From Dehalococcoidia bacterium (GTDB lineage: Bacteria; Chloroflexota; Dehalococcoidia; GIF9; UBA5629): a DNA stretch of 64,000 nucleotides. The notes beneath the pieces are model-generated. The model was not told the DNA's origin. It made no database searches and worked only from the letters and a program-made list of their open reading frames with translations. Position numbers and translations under genes: made by a program. Of this stretch, positions 19,786-30,663 are shown one piece after another (position 1 is the first letter of the stretch; each line of letters begins with the position of its first letter). Where the stretch lies: NCBI GenBank assembly GCA_049694415.1, contig JBAVQV010000096.1:3099-67098 (forward strand), written 5' to 3'.

Positions 19786-20823
19786 ATGCTAAATCAAGTT
19801 GAAGAGCTTGCCTCTAAAGCTCTTGATGAGCTAGCTAAAGTCACCAATGTCAACGAGCTTGAAGCGTGGCGAATCCGCTATTTAGGCAGAAAAGGTAATT
19901 TAATACAGATTCTGCGTTCATTGGCAACTGTGCCATTAAAGGAAAGGCGTGAAGTTGGAGCTAGAGCCAACGAACTCAAAAAAACCCTGGAAACAGCTTT
20001 TGATGAGAAGAAGACTGATTTGGAGAAAGATTCGGCTCTTCCCATCGGGCGTGAGACTTTAGACGTCACCTTGCCCGGTCAACAAGTTCCTCTTGGCCGT
20101 CTCCATCCGACAACTCAGATACTTGAGGAAATTTGTGATATTTTCTGCAGTATGGGTTTTCAAATCGTGGAGGGGCCAGAGGTAGAATGGGATTACTATA
20201 ATTTCGAAGCTCTCAACATGCCGGCAGACCATCCGGCACGTGATATGTTTGCTACGTTGTGGGTTGACTTTGAGACTAAAACCGGTGACAAACCTATGCT
20301 CTTGAGGACTCACACCTCTCCAGTCCAGATAAGAGTTATGGAGAAATCACCTCCGCCGATAAGGATAATAGCACCGGGGCGAGTCTACAGATATGAAGCT
20401 ACAGATGCTACGCACGAGTGGATGTTTTATCAGGTTGAGGGGTTGGCAGTCGATAGAAACATAACCCTGGCTGACTTGAAGGGGACGCTGTTTGAATTTG
20501 CTCGCCGCCTTTATGGCGAGGACAGGAAATGTCGCTTTCGTTGCGATTATTTTCCTTTCGTAGAGCCGGGCGTTGAGGTGGCCATTGATTGTATAGTGTG
20601 CCATGGTGCTGGCTGCAGGCTGTGTGGCAATAGTGGCTGGATTGAAATTCTGGGTGCGGGGATGGTACATCCCGAAGTTCTTCGCCGAGTTGGTATTGAC
20701 CCTCAGGTTTATTCTGGTTTTGCCTTTGGTATGGGGGTGGAGCGTATTCCCATTCTTCGCTACGGCATAGACGACATTCGCCTCTTTTATGGTAACGACC
20801 TCAGGTTTCTAAGGCAGTTTTGA
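19786..20823 (+). CDS. pheS: phenylalanyl-tRNA synthetase alpha subunit
   Basis: Class II core (FPFVEPG, GMGVERI). Length 345 aa. Confidence 0.9.
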   Translation: MLNQVEELASKALDELAKVTNVNELEAWRIRYLGRKGNLIQILRSLATVPLKERREVGARANELKKTLETAFDEKKTDLEKDSALPIGRETLDVTLPGQQVPLGRLHPTTQILEEICDIFCSMGFQIVEGPEVEWDYYNFEALNMPADHPARDMFATLWVDFETKTGDKPMLLRTHTSPVQIRVMEKSPPPIRIIAPGRVYRYEATDATHEWMFYQVEGLAVDRNITLADLKGTLFEFARRLYGEDRKCRFRCDYFPFVEPGVEVAIDCIVCHGAGCRLCGNSGWIEILGAGMVHPEVLRRVGIDPQVYSGFAFGMGVERIPILRYGIDDIRLFYGNDLRFLRQF

Positions 20824-20849
20824 ACCTGTATTAGTTCCGAGAGCCTAAT

Positions 20850-23255
20850 ATGAAAGTTTCGCTTCGCTGGCTAAAGGAATATGTCGACTTTTCACTGCCA
20901 ATTGAGGAGCTGTCTGAACGGCTGACCATGGCTGGATTAGAAGTTGGGGAGGTGCAGGTGATTGGTGGGAGCTGGAATAATATAGTGGTTGGCAAAATAA
21001 TCGATGTTAATCCCCATCCCAATGCTGACCAGCTGAAATTAGTAACCGTTGATTTAGGAAAACAGCATTCCGCCGTGGTCTGTGGCGCGCCTAACTTGGC
21101 AGTTGGTGACAAGGTGGCTTTTGCCCGAGTCGGAGCCCAGCTCACAGATGGTCATAGCGGCGAAATGGTGCAATTAAAGCCAGCTAAGATTCGCGGAATT
21201 GTTTCTGAAGGGATGGTCTGCTCTGAAAGAGAATTGGGGATTTCTGATAGCCACGAAGGTATTATGATTCTACCCGGGGAAGCGGCTGTTGGTACTCCTT
21301 TGTCCGAGTATCTTGGCGATACAATTCTTGACCTTGACATAACACCGAACCGCCCCGACTGTCTGTCGGTGATTGGTGTCGCCAGGGAGATAGCGGCTCT
21401 AACAGGAAGTAAGGCGCACATTCCCGAAATTCATTATGATGAATTGGAAAAGGCGATAGATTCCTATGAGGCCGTGGAAATTGTCGAGCCGAATTTGTGT
21501 CCTAGGTATTGTGCTAGCTTGTTGACTAGTATTAAGGTAACGGAATCACCGCAGTGGATGCAAAGAAGGCTATCAGCTTGCGGTATGCGTCCTATCAATA
21601 ACATTGTCGATGTTACCAACTATGTGATGCTGGAATACGGGCAGCCGCTTCATGCCTTCGACTACAATGAGTTACGCGGTAAACAGATTATCGTACGCCG
21701 AGCTGTACATGGTGAGGCTATAGCTACGTTGGACGGGGTACAGCGGACGCTCAACTCTAATACACTGGTGATTGCAGACAAAGAGAGAGCTATCGCCGTT
21801 GCCGGTATCATGGGAGGTGGGGATACGGAGGTTAGGCAGAACACAACAACTGTTCTGATAGAGTCGGCGAATTTCAATCAGGCTGTTATTCATCGAGGAA
21901 GTCTTGGTCTTCGTTTGAGCAGTGAAGCATCGCTGCGTTTTGAGAAAGGTCTTAGCCGAGACTTACCGCTGATAGCATTGAAACGGGCTACACAATTGTT
22001 GACAGAGCTTGCTGAGGGCAGAGTGGCGAAAGGCATTATCGATGTTTATCCAGGTAAACAGCAGAAGGAGCCTATATTTTTACCTGTCACTGATGTTAAA
22101 CGCCTTCTCGGGGTAGAGTTAAAGGTGGGCGAAATATGCGAGACTTTGGAGCTACTCGGGTTTGGTTGTCGACAAGTAGAATCGAATTCACAGATTCAAG
22201 TAGAGGTCCCCTGGTGGCGCACGGACGTAAATTGCACTGCCGATTTGGTTGAAGAGATAGCTCGTATTATAGGCTATGATAAAATCCCGACTACAATGCT
22301 GAGTTCATCATTACCGAGATACGAACCTGTGCCGATGCTGTCTCTCAGACGACAACTGTCTAACATCCTTGTTAGCTGTGGTTTTCAGGAAGTACTTACT
22401 TATTCTTTGACCAGCTTGGAGATGTTGGGGATGCTTTTGCCAGAGCTGCGTTTAATGGGTCCGAATCCGATGAAGGTGGCTAATCCAATGTCCAGAGAGC
22501 AAGAGTATCTCAGGACAAGTCTACGCGCTGGCGTGCTATCAGTTCTGGCTCGCAATGAAAGATATCAAGAAAACGGCATCAGACTTTTTGAGATTGGCAA
22601 GGTATTTATGCCCAGGGAAAAGGATTTACCTCAGGAGAAGGAGATGCTTTGCGCTGTACTAAATGGTTTGCAGCGTAGGTTATTCTGGCGCGGTGAAGAG
22701 GAGCCGGTTGATTTCTTCGTTGCCAAGGGAGTGCTGGAAACCATTTTATCACGGTTAGGAGTAGCGGCCAGATTTGAGGTAAGTGAAGACGAAAGCTTAT
22801 GCCCGGGCAGAACCGCTGATGTAGTCGTCGAGAATGATAAATTGGGCACAGTTGGGGAACTACACCCTAAAATAGCAAAAGCCTTTGGACTTTCCGGGAC
22901 TGCTTATCTTATTGAAATGGATTTAGATAAATTATCATCTTTTACGGTTACTCTCAAAACATTTCAAGCAATCCCTCGATATCCAAGCACAAGCAGAGAT
23001 ATTGCGCTTTTGGTAGATGAGAAAGTAACCTATCAACAGATTTGTTTTATCATTCAGAGCTTTTCTCTGGTAAACTCGGTTGTTCTTTTTGACTTCTATA
23101 TTGGGGAACAGGTGCCTACAGGTAAGAAATCACTCGCTTTCAGGATCGTTTACCAATCATCGACGCATACCTTGACCGATGGTGAAGTCGACGAAGTCCA
23201 GCAGCAAATTCTCGATAAACTGCAGCGCGAACTAAGTGCCGTTTTGAGGAGTTGA
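20850..23255 (+). CDS. pheT: phenylalanyl-tRNA synthetase beta subunit
   Basis: Length 801 aa. tRNA-binding, B3/B4, B5 and FDX-ACB domains in the expected order, directly downstream of pheS. Confidence 0.9.
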   Translation: MKVSLRWLKEYVDFSLPIEELSERLTMAGLEVGEVQVIGGSWNNIVVGKIIDVNPHPNADQLKLVTVDLGKQHSAVVCGAPNLAVGDKVAFARVGAQLTDGHSGEMVQLKPAKIRGIVSEGMVCSERELGISDSHEGIMILPGEAAVGTPLSEYLGDTILDLDITPNRPDCLSVIGVAREIAALTGSKAHIPEIHYDELEKAIDSYEAVEIVEPNLCPRYCASLLTSIKVTESPQWMQRRLSACGMRPINNIVDVTNYVMLEYGQPLHAFDYNELRGKQIIVRRAVHGEAIATLDGVQRTLNSNTLVIADKERAIAVAGIMGGGDTEVRQNTTTVLIESANFNQAVIHRGSLGLRLSSEASLRFEKGLSRDLPLIALKRATQLLTELAEGRVAKGIIDVYPGKQQKEPIFLPVTDVKRLLGVELKVGEICETLELLGFGCRQVESNSQIQVEVPWWRTDVNCTADLVEEIARIIGYDKIPTTMLSSSLPRYEPVPMLSLRRQLSNILVSCGFQEVLTYSLTSLEMLGMLLPELRLMGPNPMKVANPMSREQEYLRTSLRAGVLSVLARNERYQENGIRLFEIGKVFMPREKDLPQEKEMLCAVLNGLQRRLFWRGEEEPVDFFVAKGVLETILSRLGVAARFEVSEDESLCPGRTADVVVENDKLGTVGELHPKIAKAFGLSGTAYLIEMDLDKLSSFTVTLKTFQAIPRYPSTSRDIALLVDEKVTYQQICFIIQSFSLVNSVVLFDFYIGEQVPTGKKSLAFRIVYQSSTHTLTDGEVDEVQQQILDKLQRELSAVLRS

Positions 23256-23363
23256 TTTATCCGTGACCAACGTCTTCAAAAAATTTCTCTCAATAAGCGA
23301 AAATTTTGATTAGATTTGCGTTATAATTGGAGGTGATTATTTACAGGAAGGGGGTAGACAAGC

Positions 23364-25112
23364 GTGAAAACTAAAGTTTTCGCTCCGGCTATATGTTTGG
23401 CCTTGCTTTTAACTCTTTGTTTGGTAACTCCTGTTCGGGCTGCGGGAATGGCTCCTAGTGAAGGTGTGGTTGGGGCGACGGTGACCATATCTGGACTAGC
23501 TTCCGGTTCTTATTCTATTAAATGGGATGGAGTTGGAGTCAAGCAAGGAACGCTTCCGGGAGGTGGTAGTGTTACCTTTACTGTGCCTGATACCAGTGGA
23601 GGTGATCATACTGTCACGGTAGACAATCCGACTGGTACTCAGGTTTTATCTACTACCTTCTCTGTTCTTCCGTCTATAAGCGTTAGCCCGGATTCAGGTA
23701 TTGTTGGTGATTCTGTCACCGCTGGGGGTAAGGGCTTCGCTGCAGCAGAAAGCAACATTGCAGTTACTTACGATAGCACAAATATGAAGACAGGAATCGT
23801 GGCCGGTGATACAGGCTCGTGGGAAACAACTTTTTCATTGCCAACCTCTGCGAAAGGAAGTCACACGGTAGATGCCTCTGGGAAAACTACAAAAGCAAGT
23901 GACGTTCCCGATGTCACCGTAACAATTAGCCCAATAATCAGTATGACACCGGTATCTGGAAATGTTGGCACTTCAGTTAGTATTAGCGGTACCGGCTTTA
24001 GCAAAGATGAAGGCAGTATTCAAGTTACCTACGATACTACCAATGCCAAGACCGGGCTCAGTGCAGACAGCAAAGGGTCTTGGAATGTTGTCTTTACTAT
24101 TCCTAACTCAACTAAAGGAGGCCATACAATAGACGCCTCGGGTGCATCCACAAAGGCTGATGAAGTTCCGGATCTTACTTTTATTGTATCCTCTGCCGTG
24201 ACTGTTAAGCCTGCTTCTGGATATGTAGGTGATGCTATCACCGTCGCCGGCTGCGGCTTTGGCGGGAGTGAAAGCGGCATTACGATTACACTTGACGGTA
24301 ATATCATCAAGAGCGATATAACAGCTAATAGCGAAGGTTGCTGGAACTCATCTATGGCAATAATGTCAACTACCGCAGGCAATCATGTGCTAGATGCCTA
24401 TGGCGCTTCGACTACAGCCTCTGAAGTTGCTGATACTAAGATGGTTATTTTATCGAAGATGACTTTAGAGCCTGCGGAGGGCCACGTGGGCAGTAATATA
24501 GCGGTAAACGGCACTGGTTTTAACGCAGGTAAAGAGTTGACTCTTAAATATGACGGTACTGACTTAGTTGCCGAATTCACCACCGATGATAAAGGCAATT
24601 TTCAGGTGAGCCTGGTAGCTCCCAAAAGTCTTGGTGGTAAGCATAATGTAACAGCTACTGATTCCGGCGGCGCCTCAGCCTCAGTGGTTTTCACTATGGA
24701 AACAACTCCACCGTCAGTGCCACAAATTGTGTCGCCGAAGGAAGGAAGCAGGGTAGGCCTTTTCGACCGTATTACTCCTACCTTTGAATGGGCTGCTGTT
24801 TCTGACCCCAGCGGTGTTAGCTACAGTTTACAGATATCTGATCAATCTGATTTTGCAACTACGCCGTTAAGTAAGGAAAATCTGGTTGAGTCTAAGTATA
24901 CCCTGACTGATGATGAGGCTTTACTTCGAGGAAAATATTATTGGCGAGTTAAAGCTATAGATGGTGCAGGTAATGACAGCGGTTGGACCCAGTCAATACA
25001 ATTTAAGGCTGGACTAATGCCGCTGTGGGTATTCATACTTATCGCTGTCGTTGCTGTTGTTTTCTTAACTCGATTGGTTTTCTTTTTGCGGAATATCAAA
25101 AGGGGACGCTAG
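23364..25112 (+). CDS. cell-surface protein with ~5 Ig-like (IPT/TIG-like) repeats, an FN3-like module and a C-terminal TM anchor
   Basis: Signal peptide, then a repeated ~90-aa unit (G(D/T/S)xVTxxGxGF...TYD(S/T)T...G(S/G)H(T/N)(V/I)DA). C-terminal helix LWVFILIAVVAVVFLTRLVFFL followed by basic residues. Paralogue of 42131..43756. Confidence 0.65.
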   Translation: MKTKVFAPAICLALLLTLCLVTPVRAAGMAPSEGVVGATVTISGLASGSYSIKWDGVGVKQGTLPGGGSVTFTVPDTSGGDHTVTVDNPTGTQVLSTTFSVLPSISVSPDSGIVGDSVTAGGKGFAAAESNIAVTYDSTNMKTGIVAGDTGSWETTFSLPTSAKGSHTVDASGKTTKASDVPDVTVTISPIISMTPVSGNVGTSVSISGTGFSKDEGSIQVTYDTTNAKTGLSADSKGSWNVVFTIPNSTKGGHTIDASGASTKADEVPDLTFIVSSAVTVKPASGYVGDAITVAGCGFGGSESGITITLDGNIIKSDITANSEGCWNSSMAIMSTTAGNHVLDAYGASTTASEVADTKMVILSKMTLEPAEGHVGSNIAVNGTGFNAGKELTLKYDGTDLVAEFTTDDKGNFQVSLVAPKSLGGKHNVTATDSGGASASVVFTMETTPPSVPQIVSPKEGSRVGLFDRITPTFEWAAVSDPSGVSYSLQISDQSDFATTPLSKENLVESKYTLTDDEALLRGKYYWRVKAIDGAGNDSGWTQSIQFKAGLMPLWVFILIAVVAVVFLTRLVFFLRNIKRGR

Positions 25113-25277
25113 AGATAGTTTCATTGAGCTTGCTTGCATCTCGGGCGTCTTTACTTTTACCTTTCTTCTAAGTATGGACTTACCCAAGGTGGTAAAGATA
25201 TTAGCCTCTATTATCCTGGGTGGTGTATTGATATTTATAGCTGCTTGGTTTCAGCGGCGTGTAAGAACAAGCGTGCC

Positions 25278-26987
25278 TTAATTCTCCCTAGGTTCGCGGA
25301 GTAACCTATCTATTTTCAAGGTTATCTCTTTCAAAGGAAACAGTTCGGCTTGCTTCTCTTTGCGCCATTTTAGCTCTATACTCTGGCTTTGTAGAGTACG
25401 AGGGCTTATAGTTAATCGCAGCGGTATTCCTAGAAGGTCAGCGTCATTGAATTTAACCCCCGGAGATTCATCTCGGTCATCGTAGAGAACTTCTATGTTT
25501 TGTTTCGTCAGGTCATGATAGACTTTCTCAGCGGTTTCAGAAACATCGGGATTTTCTAAACGAATAGGGCAAAGGTAAACTTGATAAGGGGCGATGCTTA
25601 ATGGCCAAATAATACCCTTATCATCATGATTCTGCTCTATGGCGGCTGCCAGGAGCCTACCAAGCCCGATGCCGTATGTGCCCATAATAATTGGGCGTGA
25701 TACACCATTTTGATCAAGAAACGAGGCACCAAGTTTCTCACTTAGAAAAGTGCCCAGTTTGAAGACATGGCCTACCTCGATTCCGAGGCTGGAAAAGAGT
25801 TTACCACTGCATTTTGGGCAACCATCTTCGGGCCTAGCTGTGGCAATGTCGGCTATAACGCTGACTTCGAAATCACGGGGGTAATTAACGTTTTTAAGAT
25901 GAGCGTCTTGCTTATTGGCACCGGCAACGAAATTGGAGCCCAGGGTTATAGAGTCATCGGCTATAATCTTTATTCCCTTCAGGCCAACTGGCGAAGCTGC
26001 ACCGGCAACTAACCCGGCTGCCTTCACTTCGGTTTCTGTAGCTAGGCGCAATTCAGCGCATTTCAGTAGATTTCGGAGTTTCGTCTCGTTAACTTCTATA
26101 TCGCCTCGGATGACTACAAAGATGAGCTCACCGTCGGCAGAATAAAAGACGGCCTTTAGCGTCTGATGTGGAGTCACACCAACGAAATTAGCTACCTCTT
26201 CGATGGTTTTTATATTAGGGGTCGATATTTCCTCCACTGGTAAAGTAGCTTTCGTCTCAAATTTTGGCTTTTCGCTCCGAGCTTTTTCCAGGTTGGCGGC
26301 ATAGTCGCAGTTTGCGCAATGAACGATTCCATCTTCACCTGTTTCGGCAATGAGCATAAACTCATGGGATTCCTTGCCGCCAATAGCGCCGCTGTCAGCT
26401 TCTACTATCACTGCTGGTAAGCCGCAACGGGAATAGACGTTCTTGTAGGCTTGTATCATTTGCTGATATGTTCGCTCTAAATCTGCCTCATCAGTATGGA
26501 AGCTGTACAGGTCTTTCATAATGAATTCACGCACACGTAACAGCCCGCCTCGAGGTCGAGGTTCATCTCGAAACTTATTTTGGATTTGATACAGCAGAAG
26601 TGGTAAGTCGCGGTAGCTCTGCACAAAACGTCGAACAAGTTCTGTGATGACCTCCTCATGGGTAGGCCCTAAGACTAAGGTGTGTTCTCGTCGGTCGGTA
26701 ACAGTGAACAATGTTTTACCGAAAGCAGGATATCTACCTGATTTCTCCCATAGTTCGAAGGGCTGGAGTGTAGGCAACATCAACTCCTGCCCTCCGGCTC
26801 TGTCCATTTCCTCTCGAATTATTTGTTTAATTTTCTTGAGCACCCTCCAACCCAATGGCAAATAGGAATAAACACCAGCCGCTACTTGTTGAATCATACC
26901 AGCCCTAAGTAACAGCTGATGACTAGCAGTATCAGCTTCCGACGGTATTTCCTTTAGCGTTTTGCCAAATAGATTGGAAAATCGCAT
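25278..26987 (-). CDS. proS: prolyl-tRNA synthetase (bacterial type with INS editing domain)
   Basis: Length 569 aa. Class II motifs and an anticodon-binding C-terminus. Confidence 0.9.
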   Translation of the reverse strand: MRFSNLFGKTLKEIPSEADTASHQLLLRAGMIQQVAAGVYSYLPLGWRVLKKIKQIIREEMDRAGGQELMLPTLQPFELWEKSGRYPAFGKTLFTVTDRREHTLVLGPTHEEVITELVRRFVQSYRDLPLLLYQIQNKFRDEPRPRGGLLRVREFIMKDLYSFHTDEADLERTYQQMIQAYKNVYSRCGLPAVIVEADSGAIGGKESHEFMLIAETGEDGIVHCANCDYAANLEKARSEKPKFETKATLPVEEISTPNIKTIEEVANFVGVTPHQTLKAVFYSADGELIFVVIRGDIEVNETKLRNLLKCAELRLATETEVKAAGLVAGAASPVGLKGIKIIADDSITLGSNFVAGANKQDAHLKNVNYPRDFEVSVIADIATARPEDGCPKCSGKLFSSLGIEVGHVFKLGTFLSEKLGASFLDQNGVSRPIIMGTYGIGLGRLLAAAIEQNHDDKGIIWPLSIAPYQVYLCPIRLENPDVSETAEKVYHDLTKQNIEVLYDDRDESPGVKFNDADLLGIPLRLTISPRTLQSQSIELKWRKEKQAELFPLKEITLKIDRLLREPREN

Positions 26988-27045
26988 ATATTTTCATCCC
27001 TACTAGCGTTAAAGAATATCCGCGAGCTAAGTCATTGCTGGCAAG

Positions 27046-27327
27046 TTATTCTATACTAAAGGGCGGATATTTGTCAGTCAGAAGCAGATAATAACCGCTT
27101 ACTCTAGTGTACCAGCGAACATAGCCGGCGATGAAATCAAAAGCCCATCTGGGATACTTGCCGGTAAATAGGATTGCCCACCAGGCAATGAAAGCGATAA
27201 CACTGGAAGCAATGCCTAGAGCCCAAAGGACAATCAAATGAGGTATGACCATAATTGCGCGAAAGAAGGTGGTTAGCCGTGAAAGCCTCTCCGTATAACT
27301 TATGCTGATGGTTATGGGGTATTCCAT
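27046..27327 (-). CDS. small membrane protein (DUF4389/DUF4870-like)
   Basis: Length 93 aa. Two TM helices. Motif YPRWAFDF. Confidence 0.45.
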   Translation of the reverse strand: MEYPITISISYTERLSRLTTFFRAIMVIPHLIVLWALGIASSVIAFIAWWAILFTGKYPRWAFDFIAGYVRWYTRVSGYYLLLTDKYPPFSIE

Positions 27328-27411
27328 TTTATTCTCCTTTTTTGTTTTTCACATGTCTACAAATGACTTCAAATTCTGATGTATTGAGTTAACTTTAGAA
27401 AATATATCTGT

Positions 27412-28464
27412 TTAATTTAGCAGTTTTTTCACCTCTGCAATAAGTGCCTCCAAAAAGTCTTTTTCAGCTACGGTGTTGACAACCTTGCCTTTTCTGAAAA
27501 TAGCACCTTTGCTTTTACCACAGGCAATGCCGACGTCAGCTTCTTTCGCTTCGCCGGGACCATTGACAACGCAACCCATAACGGCAACCTTGATGGGCTG
27601 ACTTATATCTTTTAAGCTTCTGTCTACGGATTCAGCAAGACTTATGATATCGACTTCAGCCCGCCCACACGAAGGGCAGCTTATTAAGGTAGGGCCATGT
27701 TGTCGCAAATCGAGGCTTCTCAAGATTTCGTAAGCAGTTTTTACTTCTTCGTAGGGATTAGCACTAAGGGAGACACGGATAGTGTCGCCGATACCTTCGT
27801 GAAGCAGTATACCGATGCCCACAGCGCTGCGGACAGCACCGGCTCTGGGTAGTCCCGCCTCAGTTACACCTAAGTGCAAGGGGTAAGATATTTTGGAGGC
27901 TATTGCCCGGTAAGCTTCAATAGTCGTAAGTACGTCAAAGGCTTTAAGCGATACTTTAATCAAATCAAAGTCTAAACTTTCCAGCAGCTTGATTTGCTCC
28001 AGAGCTACGTTAACCATGTGCGCAGAGGTAGATATGGATGGCTTCGATGCAGGCGGCAGGCTTCCCGCATTGACGCCGATACGAACGGGTACCTGCCTTT
28101 GCTTGGCTGCCTTTATCACTTCGGCAACTTGTTCTGGCTCTCGGATATTACCGGGGTTCAGACGAAGCCCGTCGGCGCCCGCTTTCAAAGACTTGAGGGC
28201 AAGCCGATAGTCAAAATGTATATCAGCAATAATTGGGATAGAGGTTTTCTTCTTGATGATTGAAATAGCCTTTGCAGCTTCAAAATCTGGTACAGCTACT
28301 CTGACTATTTCACAACCACAATCGGCGAGTTCATTAATTTGATTTACGGTAGCTTGTATATCTCTGGTATCGGTTTTGGCCATGGATTGAACTACAACAG
28401 GTGCATCACCACCTATGGTCACTTCTCCAATTCTGATAGGTTTGGATTGCCTGCGTACTATCAA
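27412..28464 (-). CDS. ispG: 4-hydroxy-3-methylbut-2-en-1-yl diphosphate synthase
   Basis: GcpE family. C-terminal CPSCGR...GCVVNGPGE cluster motif. Confidence 0.9.
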   Translation of the reverse strand: MIVRRQSKPIRIGEVTIGGDAPVVVQSMAKTDTRDIQATVNQINELADCGCEIVRVAVPDFEAAKAISIIKKKTSIPIIADIHFDYRLALKSLKAGADGLRLNPGNIREPEQVAEVIKAAKQRQVPVRIGVNAGSLPPASKPSISTSAHMVNVALEQIKLLESLDFDLIKVSLKAFDVLTTIEAYRAIASKISYPLHLGVTEAGLPRAGAVRSAVGIGILLHEGIGDTIRVSLSANPYEEVKTAYEILRSLDLRQHGPTLISCPSCGRAEVDIISLAESVDRSLKDISQPIKVAVMGCVVNGPGEAKEADVGIACGKSKGAIFRKGKVVNTVAEKDFLEALIAEVKKLLN

Positions 28465-29531
28465 GGTAAGATCTTATCTCCCTGAATAATATGTGTAATA
28501 TCAAAGTAGCTTATCACAATAATCAGCAGCATAAGCACCGCGAAACCAATAAGGTGGACAAGCCCCTCTCTTTTCGGTGAGATTCTCTTTCCTCGCCGAA
28601 CCCATTCTAAAGCCACAAAAATTAGCCTGCCTCCATCGAGGCCCGGGAAGGGGAGCATGTTAATTATGGCCAAGTTTATACTGATTAGCGCAGCAAATTC
28701 CAACAGGGGGCTTATGCCGGCCTTAGCTATCTGACCGGTGATTTGGGCAATACCTATCGGCCCGGTTACTTGAGGTAGTGCTCCTCCAATAAACCAGCCT
28801 ACTACTTCATTACGGAATAGAACGAGTATTTCCCAGCAATGAACTATACTTGAAGGCACTGCTTTCCAAATAGGAACAGATTCGCGGACTGTCGTACTGT
28901 CTACTCCGATGATAATGATGCCGGTTGCCCCTTGTCCCTTTGGCGGATTCCATCTGGGCTTCAAACTTACTTCATTTGGAGCGAGTTCGTCTCTTTGAAG
29001 CAGAATATTTACCTGTGAGCCGAGATTAAGCTGAATAAAATAACCAACATCGCCGCGATTTCTAACTGTGTGACCGCTTATTGCCAGGATTGTATCTCCG
29101 GGCTCAATTCCAGCCATCTGAGATGGTGAACCTGCGGCTACTTCTTGTACCTGTACTTTCTCCAGAATCATATCGTGAGGGATCATAAAACTAATTGAAA
29201 ACAGTAATATTGGTAGCAAAATATTCATCAGTGAGCCGGCGCTAAGAACCAGAAATCGTATGGGAATGCTCTTGCTGGCTAGGCTGCCCGGTAGTGATGG
29301 GTCTTCTTCTCCGACCATCTTGGTAAAGCCGCCCAGAGGTATTGCGTTTATAGAATATATCGTCTCCCCTCGCTTGAAGCTGATAATCCTGGGTGGAAAA
29401 CCTATGCCGAACTCTTCCACCTTTACTCGAGCAAGCTTGGCGGTGATGAAATGCCCAAATTCATGGGCGAAGACAAGTAATACCAGTATGCCTACAAAAC
29501 TGACAATTGTAAGTGCTATTGTTTCAATCAT
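28461..29531 (-). CDS. rseP: RIP site-2 zinc metalloprotease RseP (M50 + PDZ)
   Basis: HEFGHF (HExxH) in TM1, a PDZ domain and LDGG in the C-terminal TM. Overlaps ispG by 4 nt. Confidence 0.85.
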   Translation of the reverse strand: MIETIALTIVSFVGILVLLVFAHEFGHFITAKLARVKVEEFGIGFPPRIISFKRGETIYSINAIPLGGFTKMVGEEDPSLPGSLASKSIPIRFLVLSAGSLMNILLPILLFSISFMIPHDMILEKVQVQEVAAGSPSQMAGIEPGDTILAISGHTVRNRGDVGYFIQLNLGSQVNILLQRDELAPNEVSLKPRWNPPKGQGATGIIIIGVDSTTVRESVPIWKAVPSSIVHCWEILVLFRNEVVGWFIGGALPQVTGPIGIAQITGQIAKAGISPLLEFAALISINLAIINMLPFPGLDGGRLIFVALEWVRRGKRISPKREGLVHLIGFAVLMLLIIVISYFDITHIIQGDKILP

Positions 29532-29535
29532 AAAT

Positions 29536-30663
29536 TTACCTTGCTACTGACTTCAGGGCTGTGTCTCTTGCCCACTTATCAGCCGTTAGAATTTCGTCCA
29601 GAGTAGGGTTAGCTATGCTGTGGTGTAGGCTAATGGTCTTGTCTATTATTTCGGCGATTTGAGGGAAACGAATACGCTGTTCAAGAAAAAGTTCGACAGC
29701 TATCTCATCGGCGGCGCAAAGTACAGCAGGGTAGGTTCCTCCTTTTTCCCCGGCATCCAATGCCAGTTGTAGACAGGGAAACATGGCATAGTTCATTGTC
29801 TCAAAGGTCAGTGAATTCAATTGTGCGAGGTTCATGCGAGGCAAACTGTAATTAGCTAGCCGCTCCGGATACGACAAAGCATATTGAATGGCGAAACGCA
29901 TATCTGGGACACTAAGTTGAGCCTTCAATGATCCGTCAACAAATTCTACGAGAGAATGCATGATACTCTGTGGATGAATTACTATTTCGATTTTGTTAAG
30001 GGGTATAGAAAAAAGCCAGCTAGCTTCGATTGCTTCCAGCCCCTTGTTCATCAGAGTCGCCGAATCAATAGTTACTTTTTTCCCCATTTTCCATGTTGGA
30101 TGTTCCAGAGCTTCATCAACTGTAACCTTAGATAATCTTACAGGTGAATGATGGTAGAAAGGGCCGCCTGAAGCTGTGAGGATGAGTTGGGCTATCTCGC
30201 CCGTCTCTCCATGCAGGCATTGGTATATGGCACTGTGTTCGCTATCAATAGGCATGATTTGTGCCTGCCGGAGTTTAGCTTCCTTCATAATAATTTCGCC
30301 CGCCATGACCAGTACTTCTTTATTGGCTAGAGCTATTTTTTTCCCTGACTTTATGGCTGCTAATGTCGGGGTCAGTCCTATTTTACCTGACGTGGCTATA
30401 ACTACCATGTTGACTTCTGGATGGGTGGCAATCTCTTCCATCGACGATAACTTGATGTTGCCTGGAAGATTGAATTTATGTGGTGAATATACCACTTTAG
30501 GCTGAAATTGACTTATTTGGTCACTAAGTAAGCTGGCATTTTTACCACCGGCTAAACCTATTATCCTGAATTTGTCAGGGAAGTCTCTTACTATGTCCAG
30601 GACTTGCTGCCCTATAGAACCTGTTGAGCCTATAACGGCTAATTTTTTAATAGCGTTGCTCAT
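29536..30663 (-). CDS. dxr: 1-deoxy-D-xylulose 5-phosphate reductoisomerase
   Basis: GSTGSIG NADPH motif. Length 375 aa. Confidence 0.9.
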   Translation of the reverse strand: MSNAIKKLAVIGSTGSIGQQVLDIVRDFPDKFRIIGLAGGKNASLLSDQISQFQPKVVYSPHKFNLPGNIKLSSMEEIATHPEVNMVVIATSGKIGLTPTLAAIKSGKKIALANKEVLVMAGEIIMKEAKLRQAQIMPIDSEHSAIYQCLHGETGEIAQLILTASGGPFYHHSPVRLSKVTVDEALEHPTWKMGKKVTIDSATLMNKGLEAIEASWLFSIPLNKIEIVIHPQSIMHSLVEFVDGSLKAQLSVPDMRFAIQYALSYPERLANYSLPRMNLAQLNSLTFETMNYAMFPCLQLALDAGEKGGTYPAVLCAADEIAVELFLEQRIRFPQIAEIIDKTISLHHSIANPTLDEILTADKWARDTALKSVAR